Shown in pieces: positions 11,913 through 25,408 of a DNA stretch of 64,000 nucleotides. Location of the stretch: the NCBI GenBank assembly GCA_002189035.1, contig NEEC01000012.1:1116001-1180000 (forward strand), written 5' to 3'. Made by a program: the position numbers and the translations under genes. Positions within the stretch are counted from its first letter, which is position 1, and each line of letters starts with the position of its first letter. Source of the stretch: Utricularia gibba (taxonomy: Eukaryota; Plantae; Magnoliophyta). The notes under the pieces were generated by a model that saw only the letters and a program-made list of their open reading frames with translations, was not told where the DNA came from and did not search any database.

Positions 11913-13026
11913 ACGGCAGCTATCAGAACAAACAATCCCATGTAGTAGAGGAAACTCTTAGTGAAGTTGCCAGGAGCACTGGAAACAGCCCCACTGAGAA
12001 AGAAAACATATTCTATTGATACATTCAAATAATTATTCATTGCACAATCAATAAACTGGAGTTATTGTCAAAACAAGGAGAAATTGAACTCTTGAAACCA
12101 TATTCCTAAGCAAAGACATAAATACACTCCTAAAGATAAGTAGATGTAGGAAGTCATGTTGCTGAAATCACTTTAACCATAGTGTGTAAATACGTTTCTT
12201 TAGTTCATCCAACGTATATTAACATTAGTGTTTTAAATTTGGAAAACAATTGTTAATCGCTTCAAAAAGCAACTAGTTTTACTGACTAAACCGACATTTC
12301 AATCGTGATTCAAATTAAAAAATAAATTTTAAATATTATTATTATGAAAAACATCAAATCATCATTGATGGTATTTAAAACGTGGTTGAATCGTGATACA
12401 TTTTTTATGCTTTAAAACAATTCAAATTAAACTCAATCGCTATCCTAAATGATTAACCCAAATCATCATTTTGTTTTAGAAAAAACTTATTTATCAGTAT
12501 AATGATTCTTTTCCACATATGGTTACTTAGAAAACTATCTACTGTTAGTAAATGGTTTAGAAATCTATCACTCCTGCCATATACTTAGAAAATTATCCAT
12601 CCTTTGATTTTTATAGAAATTATAGTATAATTTTAAATTACTATAATGATATAATCATTATGAAGCTATTTCATGTATTTAAAAAGACTAAAATAATCAA
12701 CTTTTTTTTTATTAAAATTCCCAAAACAATCTACATAATGACTATTTATTTAAGATTTTTACATTTCTAGAGTATTATGTTTTTGTCCATTACAATTGTC
12801 GATCAATCGTGCCGATAATAATTGAATTAAATATAATTTATAAATTCAATAAAGAAATAAGATTTCTTTATATTGATTTTATAGTTATAATAATATAAGG
12901 ATATATTATATACTTTTTAAGCAACCTTTTAAACAACTCATTTTCCAGTCATCCAGATGAATTATAAATTGGAAATTGTTTCTAGCTTGACGTTTGGGTT
13001 TGATACCATATAAATGAATTTAATTA

Positions 13027-13033
<7 letters not shown>

Positions 13034-13064
<31 letters not shown>
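13034..13064. repeat. (TA)n microsatellite
   Basis: Uninterrupted TA run. Confidence 0.9.
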
Positions 13065-13069
<5 letters not shown>

Positions 13070-13605
13070 TTAAATATAAAGTTTCTATACATGGCCACTT
13101 ATATTAGAAAAATCAAATGATGGAAAAGTTTCTTAAAAAAAAAAACAATTGATATGTTGGGCCCCTGGTGTAATTTCATATCATGATTTAAAATTAAAAT
13201 AATTAAATATATATAAAATTATAAATTACTAATAATCGTTTAAATTTTAATTTTTTAATATAATTTATATTTTTTATGTATTGAAATTTTATACATGATC
13301 ATCTAATCCATTAAATTGTTAATTTCAACATGACTCTCTTGCAGTAAATTTGTGGTATAGAACAGGAGGGCACAATGTACATTGCACTGCTGTTTGGTTT
13401 CAGTTACTCTCAGGAAACCCTATATTGCCGTCCCCAAATTGAACTAGCAAGCTCTATCTTGCCGTCCTGAACTTCGAAAGGTATTTACAGTCACATGAAT
13501 CATGAATGTAATCAATCCAGATATTCAAACATTTTCTTCTGTTTGTCAGGTCGTGCTTCTGCATTTTTTCCTTTTAATACTACTGACACGCAGATGCAAA
13601 TGTAA

Positions 13606-14283
<678 letters not shown>

Positions 14284-14351
14284 TAAATACTAGAATCTTC
14301 ATGTTTTCAGGTTCACATCTTTGCAATACATCGTCACCGGATTAACTGTAG

Positions 14352-14770
<419 letters not shown>

Positions 14771-15859
14771 CATTCGCTCCAAGCAAGATTGCCCTACGTA
14801 ATAACTCAAATTTGAATAATCAAATTTATATTACTTTTAAAATTAGTTTTATTAATAAATATGATGCATTCATATTTCAAAAATATTTATTATTATTTAA
14901 AAAAATAAGCACATCATAATTTATATTTCATTAGAAGTGATTTTTTTAAAAAATAGTTTAAAAATAATAAGATCGAATACTTGATTCTTGTGGTTTGGAT
15001 GTAACATCACTATCATCTATAAAAGTACTTATACTTCATTTATCTCTTACATACTTAGCACAAAAAATTATATATAGGGTGAGTAATTTTATCACACAAT
15101 CATTTATTCATTTCGACTGACCTTTTTGAGTTCCAGGAATTGAACAAGTTTTTGGGACTATCCAACATAGTCTCGTTGCTCCTCCTATAAACATGCTTCC
15201 GCATCCATATTTTTTTATGGTGATCTAAAATTCCTAAAAACATTCAAACCATCTCTAGAACCATAATATATTTTTAGCTTTTAAATTAAAACGATTTTCT
15301 AATAGGTTACATAAAATACCAAAGATGTCTCATCTGATTCTCAAGTTCTCAATGAATGCGCTATTCACATTACTCACCAACCAACTAATATACTCAACTT
15401 GTTTAATAATCTTTTCTGTAAGGGAATACCTGAGTCTCACCCTATATCCCGTACGACAATTTTTCGAATATAAGTATATTAACACATTTATTCCAACCAA
15501 GTATTCGATTAATACTGCCACAACTGCACTCAAGATGACATGACCCTCACTGGAAAAATCTATATCCCCTCAACAATAACCAAAATCGAGCAAAAGAAAT
15601 CCACACACACAAGACCACTGATTTTGAAATTGGAAAATCAGAGAACACAACCACTATAGACATGATGTAGTAAATAAACGCACCAAGAACAGAAAAAAAA
15701 ACGTACCGTAAGACCCAACTATTTGCGCCCAAAGTGCATGAATGCGACGCCGCCAGCAATTCGCAATCCTTGCAGCTGATGTTTGTATATTTGTGTTCAA
15801 ATTTATACGAGGTTGAGGGTAAAATTGGAAAGTGATTGAAGTTAATAAATAATTTGTCT

Positions 15860-18396
15860 CACTCACATTTATATTTTTTTAGAACTATCTTAAATGGTTT
15901 TTGTATCCTTTTGATTTCAGTTTTCCTATGTTTTTAAATGAATTTTATATCTTTCATATTATTTTTATCTTTTTGGAGATAAAAAGTTATTGTAATTTTT
16001 CATTACAATTTTGGCTTAATTTAAAGGAAATTCAAGCTTACCTTTAAATGGACAAATATTTAGTCTATTTGAATGAATATTTAATCAAGATTATTATATA
16101 AGATAAGATTTAAATCTTATTGTTGTGTGTCGTTTCCTCAACAAATTTTAAATATTTTAAAACGTAAAACACTAGAAGGCGTAGTACGAGTATCAATCTC
16201 AGGGAGTTGTTTTTCGTGAAAAGTGTTTGCAAGCAACTTCTACAAAATGTCACGGTTTTGTAAAAGGGGTTTTTAAGATGCAGAAATGAAAGATACAACC
16301 TAAGTAATGGGCTTTGACTACGGGACGCAGTTCCTGGAAATAAGACTCCATCTCCTTCCTTTGTCCGTCCTTGCCTCGGTTTTCACTGATTTCTTCCGAA
16401 TAGCTGATTATAGGAGCAAGGAATAGCCTAATCTCCCTTACACTCTGATTGACAAGGAGGCACGGGAATAGCCTCATGTGATTCCCCTTTGGACGATTAG
16501 GAAGACAAGAGGATTGCCTTCGATTGCCTTCAAAACCGAATTGTGCGCGTATGCCCAGCTATTGCCAATGGCCAGTGGCAGGTCTGAGGTCACAACCTGT
16601 CCACTATCGCGGTACCTAGGCCACAAACAATCTGCTACTTCCCTCAAACCAGTAGGGTTGGAGTTGGTGCTCTTCACCTTAATCTTCACCAAAATCCGCA
16701 AGAAGTGGCCTGCTACTCATGGATCTTGACTAAGAGTCGTTATAGAAAGACTGCAACAAGATGCGTGGAAGTATGCGGAATCCGAATTGAATTCAGTGAA
16801 GAACCGAGTGTATTGCTCAGGACTTGGAAGGAAATTTCATCTACTTCCCAGAAACTAAAGGTTTTTAGCCCGAAAGGGCCATGAAAACAGAAACGAAAAG
16901 AAACTAAGTGTTCTTCCTCCTTGAGAGGAGGAAGAACTCAAAAGTTCTAAGTACAAGAGAAAAATGTTCAAAAGTCCTAAACTAAGTGCTCCAAGTGCCT
17001 TTTATATGACTTCCCACGTGCATTAACTCCTTTGGGTCCCCTTCCCATCATTCCTTCTGTCTTGCGTGCGCCAACAGACTTTCTTTGCGTGCAAGTTTGC
17101 GCCCAATAATTGCTGCAGACTCTGACATGCCGTAAGTCATGGGCCTTGACCAGTGTCAGTCTTCCGCCCACAATCATTCCAACTTGCGTACAAGGCACGA
17201 AAACTCAGAGTCTGACCACCTGCAATACTCCTGCAACACTCCTGACAGTCTCCTGACATGCCTCGGTCAAAGTGTGAGAAAAAAATGCATAAAATATACA
17301 CAAAATGGGAAAATAGGAATTTTCTAGTAAAAATCAAATACTTAATAATAAGACTCATAATTGGGCGATTTAGCACTTAATTAATACATAATAATACCTA
17401 AATAATAACTAGAAAATGACAAATCACACTTATTTATGTCTTATCCTAGAAGATTCGGATAGAAGATTTAATATGAGTGCATCAAAAAAGCTTAATAAAT
17501 CTCTACCATTATATAAAAACTTGAGTACCAAATTGTTGAAAGAGACCAAAGACCTGAGTCTTAAAGTCAGTCTTGAAGTCAAGGATCAAGTCTTGCACCT
17601 TTGAATTCATTTTACATCTTTTTTCATCTATTCTCATGTGTTAAAGTGAAACAAGTGCATGTTAGACCTTGTGGCTAAGGATCTATGATGATTAGCTAGA
17701 ACCCTAGAAATATCTTAAGGTGAAGCATGGTGGTGTGGGTCTAGAATTCTTAGTAAAATTCATCATTGTTCCTTAGTTCTTGTTTCTAACATTCCATGGG
17801 TAGACCTAAGGAGGGGAGCAAGTAACTTTGCAACTAAGAAGCTTGGTTTAGAGATAAACCAACAAATCAAGGCGGGCATAGTAGGTGTTAGTCCGGAGTA
17901 AAACCAGTAGAATCAGGTAGACCTAGTTCTATATACTTTACATACGAGTCAACCTAATTGCAAGGTTGGTAATGATATTTGAGACTAGATTAGCCGAAAA
18001 TTTAACAAATAACCTGAGTAGACCTAGGTGATTTGAGGTTATGAGTATAGGAACATGGTATGTTAACTTGCATATTTTAGCACCATCTGCAAACCCTTAA
18101 GGCATCCTCGTATTATTCTGAATTAGAACCAGTTGTTGTTACCTTCTGCATTGAAACTTGACTTCATTTATTGAACTTACTTGCCATTGCTATTCCGAGC
18201 TTAGACTAAAATCATTGTATTCCAAATTATGCATCTATTAAAATACTTAGCAAGCACAAGCTTTTTGTGATCGACCCTGAATTTCACTATACACTTTGTA
18301 TTTAATTTGTATTTTGTGAAGATTAGGGATTATAAATTTATTTGATACGGGGATCTGCTTTATTTGTAATGACATTGCTCAAATTTCCATTTATCA
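15860..18396 (+). mobile_element. Athila-type LTR (family A-like) interrupted by a family B solo LTR
   Basis: 17430-18396 shares gtagacctag motifs and the terminus gattagggattataaatttatttgatacgg...tttatca with 58953-60329. Left boundary approximate. Confidence 0.6.
16121..17428 (-). mobile_element. Solo LTR (Ty3/gypsy family B), 1308 bp
   Basis: On the minus strand it reads TGTGAT...CAACA, with perfect 5-bp TSD CTTAT at 16116-16120 and 17429-17433. Homologous to 19581-20150 and 36780-37845. Confidence 0.85.
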
Positions 18397-19580
18397 GTAT
18401 GACTATAACCCCATACATGTTTTGTAGGGACGTTTGCGAATGAGGGCATGGATGGGATCGATGTGGTGGATGGTGAGGATGGGGCAGCCGAGTGATGGTG
18501 GTATCACGCACACGCGCAAGATGCACGTCACAGGACGCCTTGCGGGTGAAGTGTGCTGTTGCAATCACGCTAGTAGCATGTGGAGATGCTTTGCCTGACT
18601 AGGGTGTCGTGATGGATTGTCACACTGGGCCATATCCTCAGAGTGGGTTAACGCCATGAGACTAGGATAATCTGTTTAAGGTAGGGATAAATTGGTGTTT
18701 TCATCTTTTACAGCAGTCACTATAGATGAAAGTGTAGTCCCAACCGACCCTGCCCGGCCCAGCTTTCATGTAGGACAATAGTAGTCGCCATGCAGTGCTT
18801 CACTTTAATAATTTGGGTAAAAATGTCTTTCATCTTGCACAATAGTAGTTGACATACAAAACTTTGTTGTTCATAATTTAGAGAAACACTATTTTTTTTC
18901 TTTTTCTTTTCCAAAAATTGTAAGATTCTCACACAATTTAAATAAATAAATAATTAATTACACAATTTTGGTAAAATCAACTTTTGACGGAATATTATAA
19001 AATTGTGTTCAACTCATTATTCTATTTATGTTTGAATTAATTGAAAAATTAAACATATTACAAAAAATAAAAATAGTTTTGAATTTAATATTTTAAATTC
19101 TATATTAAAATTTTTTAATTAGATATAAAAAATAATAAATTCAAGTTGAAGTAAATTTAACTAAGAGACGTCATGAGTGGGAAGGAGCATGTTTTCAGAG
19201 TATCCAAAACTTGCCATCCTAGAGTGAAAAAGTTTAGGAACAACTTTCATAAGGTCAATGGAATGTGAGGACTTAGAAAAGCATGTTTCATTATTTCATC
19301 TAAATTTTCAAGGTGAATGGAGGAGAAAAGATCAAGATTTTCTGTCAAAGTTATAAGCAACAGTTGAACTTTTGGACAAGGATACTTTCACCAAGGGAAA
19401 GTGAATTGTAGCTGAGGCTAACAAAGGGGAAGTAGGAGAAAAGAAAACAATGGAACCATTGGAAAATTGACAAGTGGTTGGAACCATGTCTTTCCTAAAT
19501 TGCATCGGAGAACATGGCTTCACTCAATATTTATTCAATTGTAATTTTATATGAATAATAATATATTATTTGAGACAAAG

Positions 19581-20150
19581 TGTTGAATGTTGTTTCCTCA
19601 ACAAATTTTAAATATTTAAAATGTAAAACACCAAAAAGCGTAGTACGAATATTGATCTCAGGGAGTTGTTTTTCGTGAAAAGTGCTTTGTAAGAAACTTC
19701 TACAAAATGTCATGGATTTGTAAAAGGGGGTTTTTAAGATACAGAAATAAAAGATACAACCTAAGTGATGGGCTTTAACTACGGGACGTAGTTCTTGGGA
19801 AGACGATTCCATCTCCTTTCTGCGTCCGTCCTTGCCTCGGTTTTTACTGATTTCTTCCGAATAGCTGGTTATAGGAGCAAGGAATAGCCTACTCTCCTTT
19901 ACACTCTGATTGACAAGGAGGCACGGGAATAGCCTCATGTGATTCCCCCTTGGATGATTAGGAAGACAAGAGTATTGCCTTCGATTGCCTTCAAAACCGA
20001 ATTGTGCGCGTATGCCCAACTGTTGTCAATGGCCAGTGGCAGGTCCGAGGTCATAACCTATCCACGGTCACGGTACCTAGGCCACAAACAATACACTACT
20101 TCCCTCGAACCGATAGGGTTGGAGTTGGTGTTCTTCACCTTAACATATAC
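19581..20150 (-). mobile_element. Truncated family B LTR (3' part)
   Basis: High similarity to 16121-16690; it yields the same spurious ORFs (MRLFPCLLVNQSV, MIPxWxIRKTR). Confidence 0.85.
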
Positions 20151-20333
20151 ATAAGGATTCAATTTCGAATCATTGCGAAATTGTATATTTCGTAAAATTA
20201 AAATTAATTAAAAAATATAAAAACATTAAAAATGATTAATTAAAATATTGAAAATTTTAATTTTCATTAATTACAAATTTTCATTAAACTAATATTATCA
20301 AAATGAAATATTTTATTTATCATAAAATCTATA

Positions 20334-20335
<2 letters not shown>

Positions 20336-20366
<31 letters not shown>
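20336..20366. repeat. (TA)n microsatellite
   Basis: Uninterrupted TA run. Confidence 0.9.
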
Positions 20367-20372
<6 letters not shown>

Positions 20373-20899
20373 AGTTTGTTTTATAGTTTTTCTAATAAAA
20401 ATTTGTTTATTATTATATTAAATATAATATATATAAAACTTAGGGCTATTTAGCAAAAAAAATAAATAAAGTAAGACTATTACGTAAAGGTTTCTAAAAT
20501 AGGGTCATATAGCAAAGTGATTTTTGGCAGAGGACTAATTGACCAATTTACCCATCAATTTTGTCAAATTTGAGTGTTGCACTAAGGGGAACAAGCAAGG
20601 GTAAATTGGCTATGTGTCTGTCTTAGAATGTATTGGTAAAATACCCAAGTTTGATATTATATTTATCATTTATTTATATTTATGACCTTTTAAAATACAT
20701 GAAGTTCAAAAGTTCTTTGCAAATTAATTTTTAAATTTAATTTAGCATTTTAAGTTATTAATTTTTTAATTTTAAATAATATTATATTTTTTAAAACCAA
20801 AAATATTAGTTACAAGATTAAATAGAGTGTTTATATCTTTATAAATTCTCAATAGTTGGGGATTTTCGATAGAACTTCATCCTTGCAATTAATGGTGGA

Positions 20900-23460
20900 C
20901 AATCAACTCATTGTTTAAAAATTTTTATAAGGTATACCTTCTTTCTTTGGTTAGAATGATGGCATCTATTTTCTTCAAATATCTCAATAGCTTCATACAT
21001 TATATATTTGCTTCGATTTTAAATGTAATAGAGGAAGTATTGATTACAAGAATCTACAAGTTCACAAGTCCTCCAATAAGATTAGGAGCAACATTGAACT
21101 TATCTCTAGCAATCAAACAAAGGTATCTCAGATGGATGAGTAGCGTTATTTTCATAGGAAATAATGAAAATTTCAAGCTATTTCCAATAAAGATCCTCCG
21201 AAGTAATAAACTAATACAATAGAGAAAACTAATAAACTTCTGAATTTGATTGTACCTAAAATGAGATAGATGATGTCTTGGGACTCTTAGAGTTAACATG
21301 CAAATTGCTACAAAAGCAGAAAAAATCTTCAAAAGTAAGCTTGTTTTCTTGGATCATCTTCCTCATTCTTCTATGAGTTCTTCCCTCTCTAGATACTTCT
21401 AAGAAGTATGTGCCGTGATGTTCAAGGGTCAAGATATTTATTCTCTATCCCATCATTTTCAAAAATCCTTTTCTTTTCTTCCTTGGGATTTTGTTGTACT
21501 CCTTTAAGCCTTTTATTCATATTCTTTACAATTTCACTATGTTCTTTTTGGCTCCTAAAAAATTGGATTGTTGACATATACTACATTACTCTAGAAAATT
21601 ATTAGAACTAAGGTTTAGTCCCAACTAAGAATAAAAGATGCAAAAGTGGTACTAGTTGTAAAAGTATCAAAATACATAATAAACTTGAGTTTTGTAGCAT
21701 AATATGAGTTATTTTTTTATCCTTAAATACTCAAAAATATGTGTTATCAATTTGAATATTACCAATAACCAAATGATCCAAATAAAAGATTACTATCTGT
21801 CCATTAAGATAGAGTACTATATGTGAATAAATCATTACCTCGATCGAACTAAAAGGATAGGAGATGACGATTTTCACCCTATTTCAAAGCAACGCTTAAC
21901 TACTCATAAACTCTAACCAAGATGCATGGTAGTAGAGGTGGGCATACAAATGTTTATTATAACAAAAAATACTTTGGAACAATGTAGTGATCCTTTTTTT
22001 TTTGTCTAATCTACTTATTAGATCCAAGCCCAAGTCAAAAAAATAGTATTGTGAGTTTAAATATAACTTTTCAAATCTCAGATTTAGGATTTGAAAGAAT
22101 TTCATTTTTACTATTTTTTACACGTTTTTAGTAAAATTTTCAATCCGATTTCCTCTAGTATTTTGTTGCTTTTCACCACTTGTGACTTTTATCTGAATTC
22201 TATGTGTTTTTATTTGTGTATGATCTTTGTAGATGATTGAATCATTGAACCCTTCTATCCCACAGCACCACAATGAAAGTATCTATATCGATGCCATGGA
22301 CATGGAGGATGAATGTATTGGAGATTCTAGAGGAGCTTCTTCGATCTCAAACAAGAACAATCATCTTTCAAGACTGACATGATCATTGCATGCATAACAA
22401 GAACACATATTCTGCATAAGTATGTAGTATAGGTCATTTTTCTTTTGTTTCATCAAGTGTTTTTCTCTTATTAATTGATTCTACTTATATCGATTGCTGA
22501 CTCATACATTAATTGAGTAAAGGATCAACTTGTGGCGGCGGGTTGGACTCGGCAAGTCAACTAGCTTGCCCTTTACTCATCTAACTCAACTAGAACACAT
22601 ACAAGTCAGACTTGTACCTTTACATTGCAGAAAGTCTAGAATATATATACCTATGGAAATATGTGAAATCCTAAAGAGATCTAGAGATAAAAACGAGATA
22701 ATTGCTCAAAATGTAAACCGAATCCCATCCATACCCTCATTGATAAAGTGTGCCTTGCCAAGGTTTCACCAAGCAAATCTTATCTTGTGTCACACTAAAT
22801 ATTTTCTTTTCTTTACTTTTTTGAAACAAAAACAGAAAATAAAATACAAAGGATCTAGGCACACAAAACATTTAAGTTGATCATAGTACAAGTTGAAGCT
22901 TAACATGTGAACTAGAGGAAAATTTGAATTTCTGAGGTAACCAGCAATGTTCAAGAACCGATGTGTGCACATGCACAAGCTTGTTTGAATCATGAAAGCT
23001 TTTGGAGACTTAAGAAGCATGGTGTGAGATGTACATTAAAAGAAAATTAAAATATATATATAAAAAAAGAACAACTGCAAAAGCGTATACAAAGCATGGT
23101 TGCAAAACATCATTCATGTAATCCTAGTGCCCAGAATATTTATGAAAACATGGATAATAAATGCCTCACCTACACTTAATTATGAGGATATTCTCATCAT
23201 GGAGTATGGGAGATTCTACCTTAGTCATAGAAAATCGTGTCTTTCTTCACAAAAGGAATTCAAAATGCTATTAATTCTTCACCATAATGTCCCTATCTAT
23301 TTTCTTGCTTCTATGCACCTTAAAAAAAAAACAGATGGAAAATTTTTCATTGATTTTATCTAGCATCTCAATTACTTCATCAAAACTACTTGCTTTAGAG
23401 ATTTGAAGTAGTTGTTGGTCAAAAAGTAACATCTGGATGATTGTCAAAAGAGGCACATGA
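20900..23460 (-). pseudogene. Highly degraded hAT-like transposase relic
   Basis: Scattered motif-like peptides in the expected order: SPILHDENI, CACAHI, DSNLLF..TKLKFI, LIARD, TSSITFKIEANI*CM. No continuous ORF. Confidence 0.3.
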
Positions 23461-23829
23461 CAATAACATTATTCACTGTTTCTCATGTACCAAAAACATT
23501 TAGAGGTCATATGCTTTAGAATTTTTATTTCTTAGTTAAATTGTAAATTGGTAGTAGAAAGACTGCCTTCCACACGCGCCTTCTCAAAATATCTCTCACA
23601 AGAACTTTCACCTTTCTTTGTAATTTTTTCAGTAAATAAATAATACAATAATGAACTTACAAACATAATTAATATAATATATAATATACCTTGATAAAAA
23701 AATATTTAACCCAAATGATACAAAAAAATACGAAAATGTACTCGATACCTTGATTGTGGGAAGTACACATTTGATTGTAGGAATTAAACTGCTCCCATTC
23801 AGGATAATGAGCTTGATACTCAAAGTTTA

Positions 23830-24411
23830 GTTGGGATTAGAACAAAGTGTATAGAGCCAAGCTCTATGGGGAGAGCTTCAGGAAAGATATCAAGTGTCTC
23901 GGATTGAACTAATGAAGATTAATACAGATGACAATATTGCAAATATGATGATCAAAATGTTAGCCTTTTGCCTAACACAAGATGTTGGTTAAAGACGTAG
24001 GTGTGCTACAACAATGATAATGTCAGTGTCACACTTCCACCCAGGAAGTGATTGTGCTAAAATGTGGTGACGATTTCCCTCATTGTGTGGCAGTTGCACA
24101 AGGTGAGTGTGTTTAGGTGACAGAATGCTATGGTTTGGGGGTTGATGGTTAGAGAATAATGAATTTTAGTTTTATTGTGTGTGATAGCTATGCTTTGAAT
24201 TAGAGTATTAGGTAGTAGGAAGGATAAGTGATTATTTGAATAGCATAATGAACTGACTGCTGTCATATTTCTCTAATGTATTGTGTAATTTAATTCTAGT
24301 GAGTTTATCGGTTGAGACAAGTTCTCAACAACCAGAGTTTTCCCCACTATTGAGGGTTTTACCTGGCTAAATTTTTTGTTCCCTATTTTTCATTAAGCAC
24401 ACACATCCAAC
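23830..24411 (+). mobile_element. Ty1/copia 3' remnant (RNase H end plus probable 3' LTR)
   Basis: IELMKINTDDNIANMMIKML resembles the copia RNase H end (DN.AD..TK). Followed by an LTR-like segment ending ...catccaaca. Confidence 0.5.
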
Positions 24412-25049
24412 AAACTATAGAGTGTTTACACCGTTGTAGGGGTTTACTGGAGATCTATATGGTTATACTATGTCGATGTTTAGAAATGAAACAAAACAGT
24501 ATATTTGGATGTTTGCTAAAGATAACAAAGCAAGACTTGCACTTGTACGTAATGAATATGATATACATTGTGACAAGTTGAAGAAAAGCACACAAGGAAG
24601 CAGCTTCCCAAATGATTTTCTATAGGTGTTTTTTTTAAGTTTAACTAGTACAACATGTATTTTCTTAAGGTTTTTGCTGTATGTTTCCTTAGGAAAACTA
24701 CTACAGCAGCTATCTTATTACGGTTTTTGTTATATGGCTCCTTAGTTGAACTATTGTGGCAACAACTAGTTCATGTTACATTTTGATATTATTTACAATG
24801 ATGTAAGTACTAAATTCAATTGCACTACACATGACTCACGCACAAGATGGACTACAATTTTTGTAGTACAAATTAGACAAGTATGAATTTTTGAAGACAC
24901 ATTGAAACCATAAATGGGTAAAGTAAAATACTAAGCTACTACTGTTCTAATATTATTGTAGTAGTATTCCAAAGACTACCAAGTATCATCAAACCTCCAT
25001 AAACAAGTACAAGTATAAATGATCAATACTTAACACACTATGCAAACCA

Positions 25050-25400
25050 AACAAAAAGTTCTCAAGTATCAGCTTCCATTCTCAATTGAAGCTATCTCGA
25101 AGTGCATTGATTTCATAGTCCATAGTGTCATCTAGATCATTTATCATGTATTCATCATTATACTCCACTACATCTTCCTCAAAATCTGGATCATTCATAT
25201 TCATGATTTAAATGAAATTATATATAGACATTGTAGCTATAATTATTTGAACCTGCATTTTCCAATGAATTAAAGAAGGGATATCATTAACCAACTTAAA
25301 TTTCTTTTTTCATATGTGGAATGATCATTCAACAGCAGACTGAAGAGATGAGTGCTTGAAGTTAAACAATTCCTTTTCATTCATCCACTTGGGATTTCTT
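25050..25400 (-). pseudogene. PIF/Harbinger transposase C-terminal fragment
   Basis: The minus strand reads KELFNFKHSSLQSAVE*SFHI*KR (cf. ELFN.RHSSLR..IER.FG.LK.RF), then an acidic tail and EINALRD. Cut by the LTR at 25409. Confidence 0.55.
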
Positions 25401-25408
25401 TGAAATTT

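Noticed and set aside
15090-15550. Possible LINE 3' (zf-RVT/RNase H-like) fragment
   Set aside because: Similarity is too weak to support by eye.
16250-16729. Recurrent ORFs (MRLFPCLLVNQSV.., MIPLWTIRKTR..), also at 19531-20154
   Set aside because: They recur only because the family B LTR is repeated; stops differ between copies and no protein family is recognisable.
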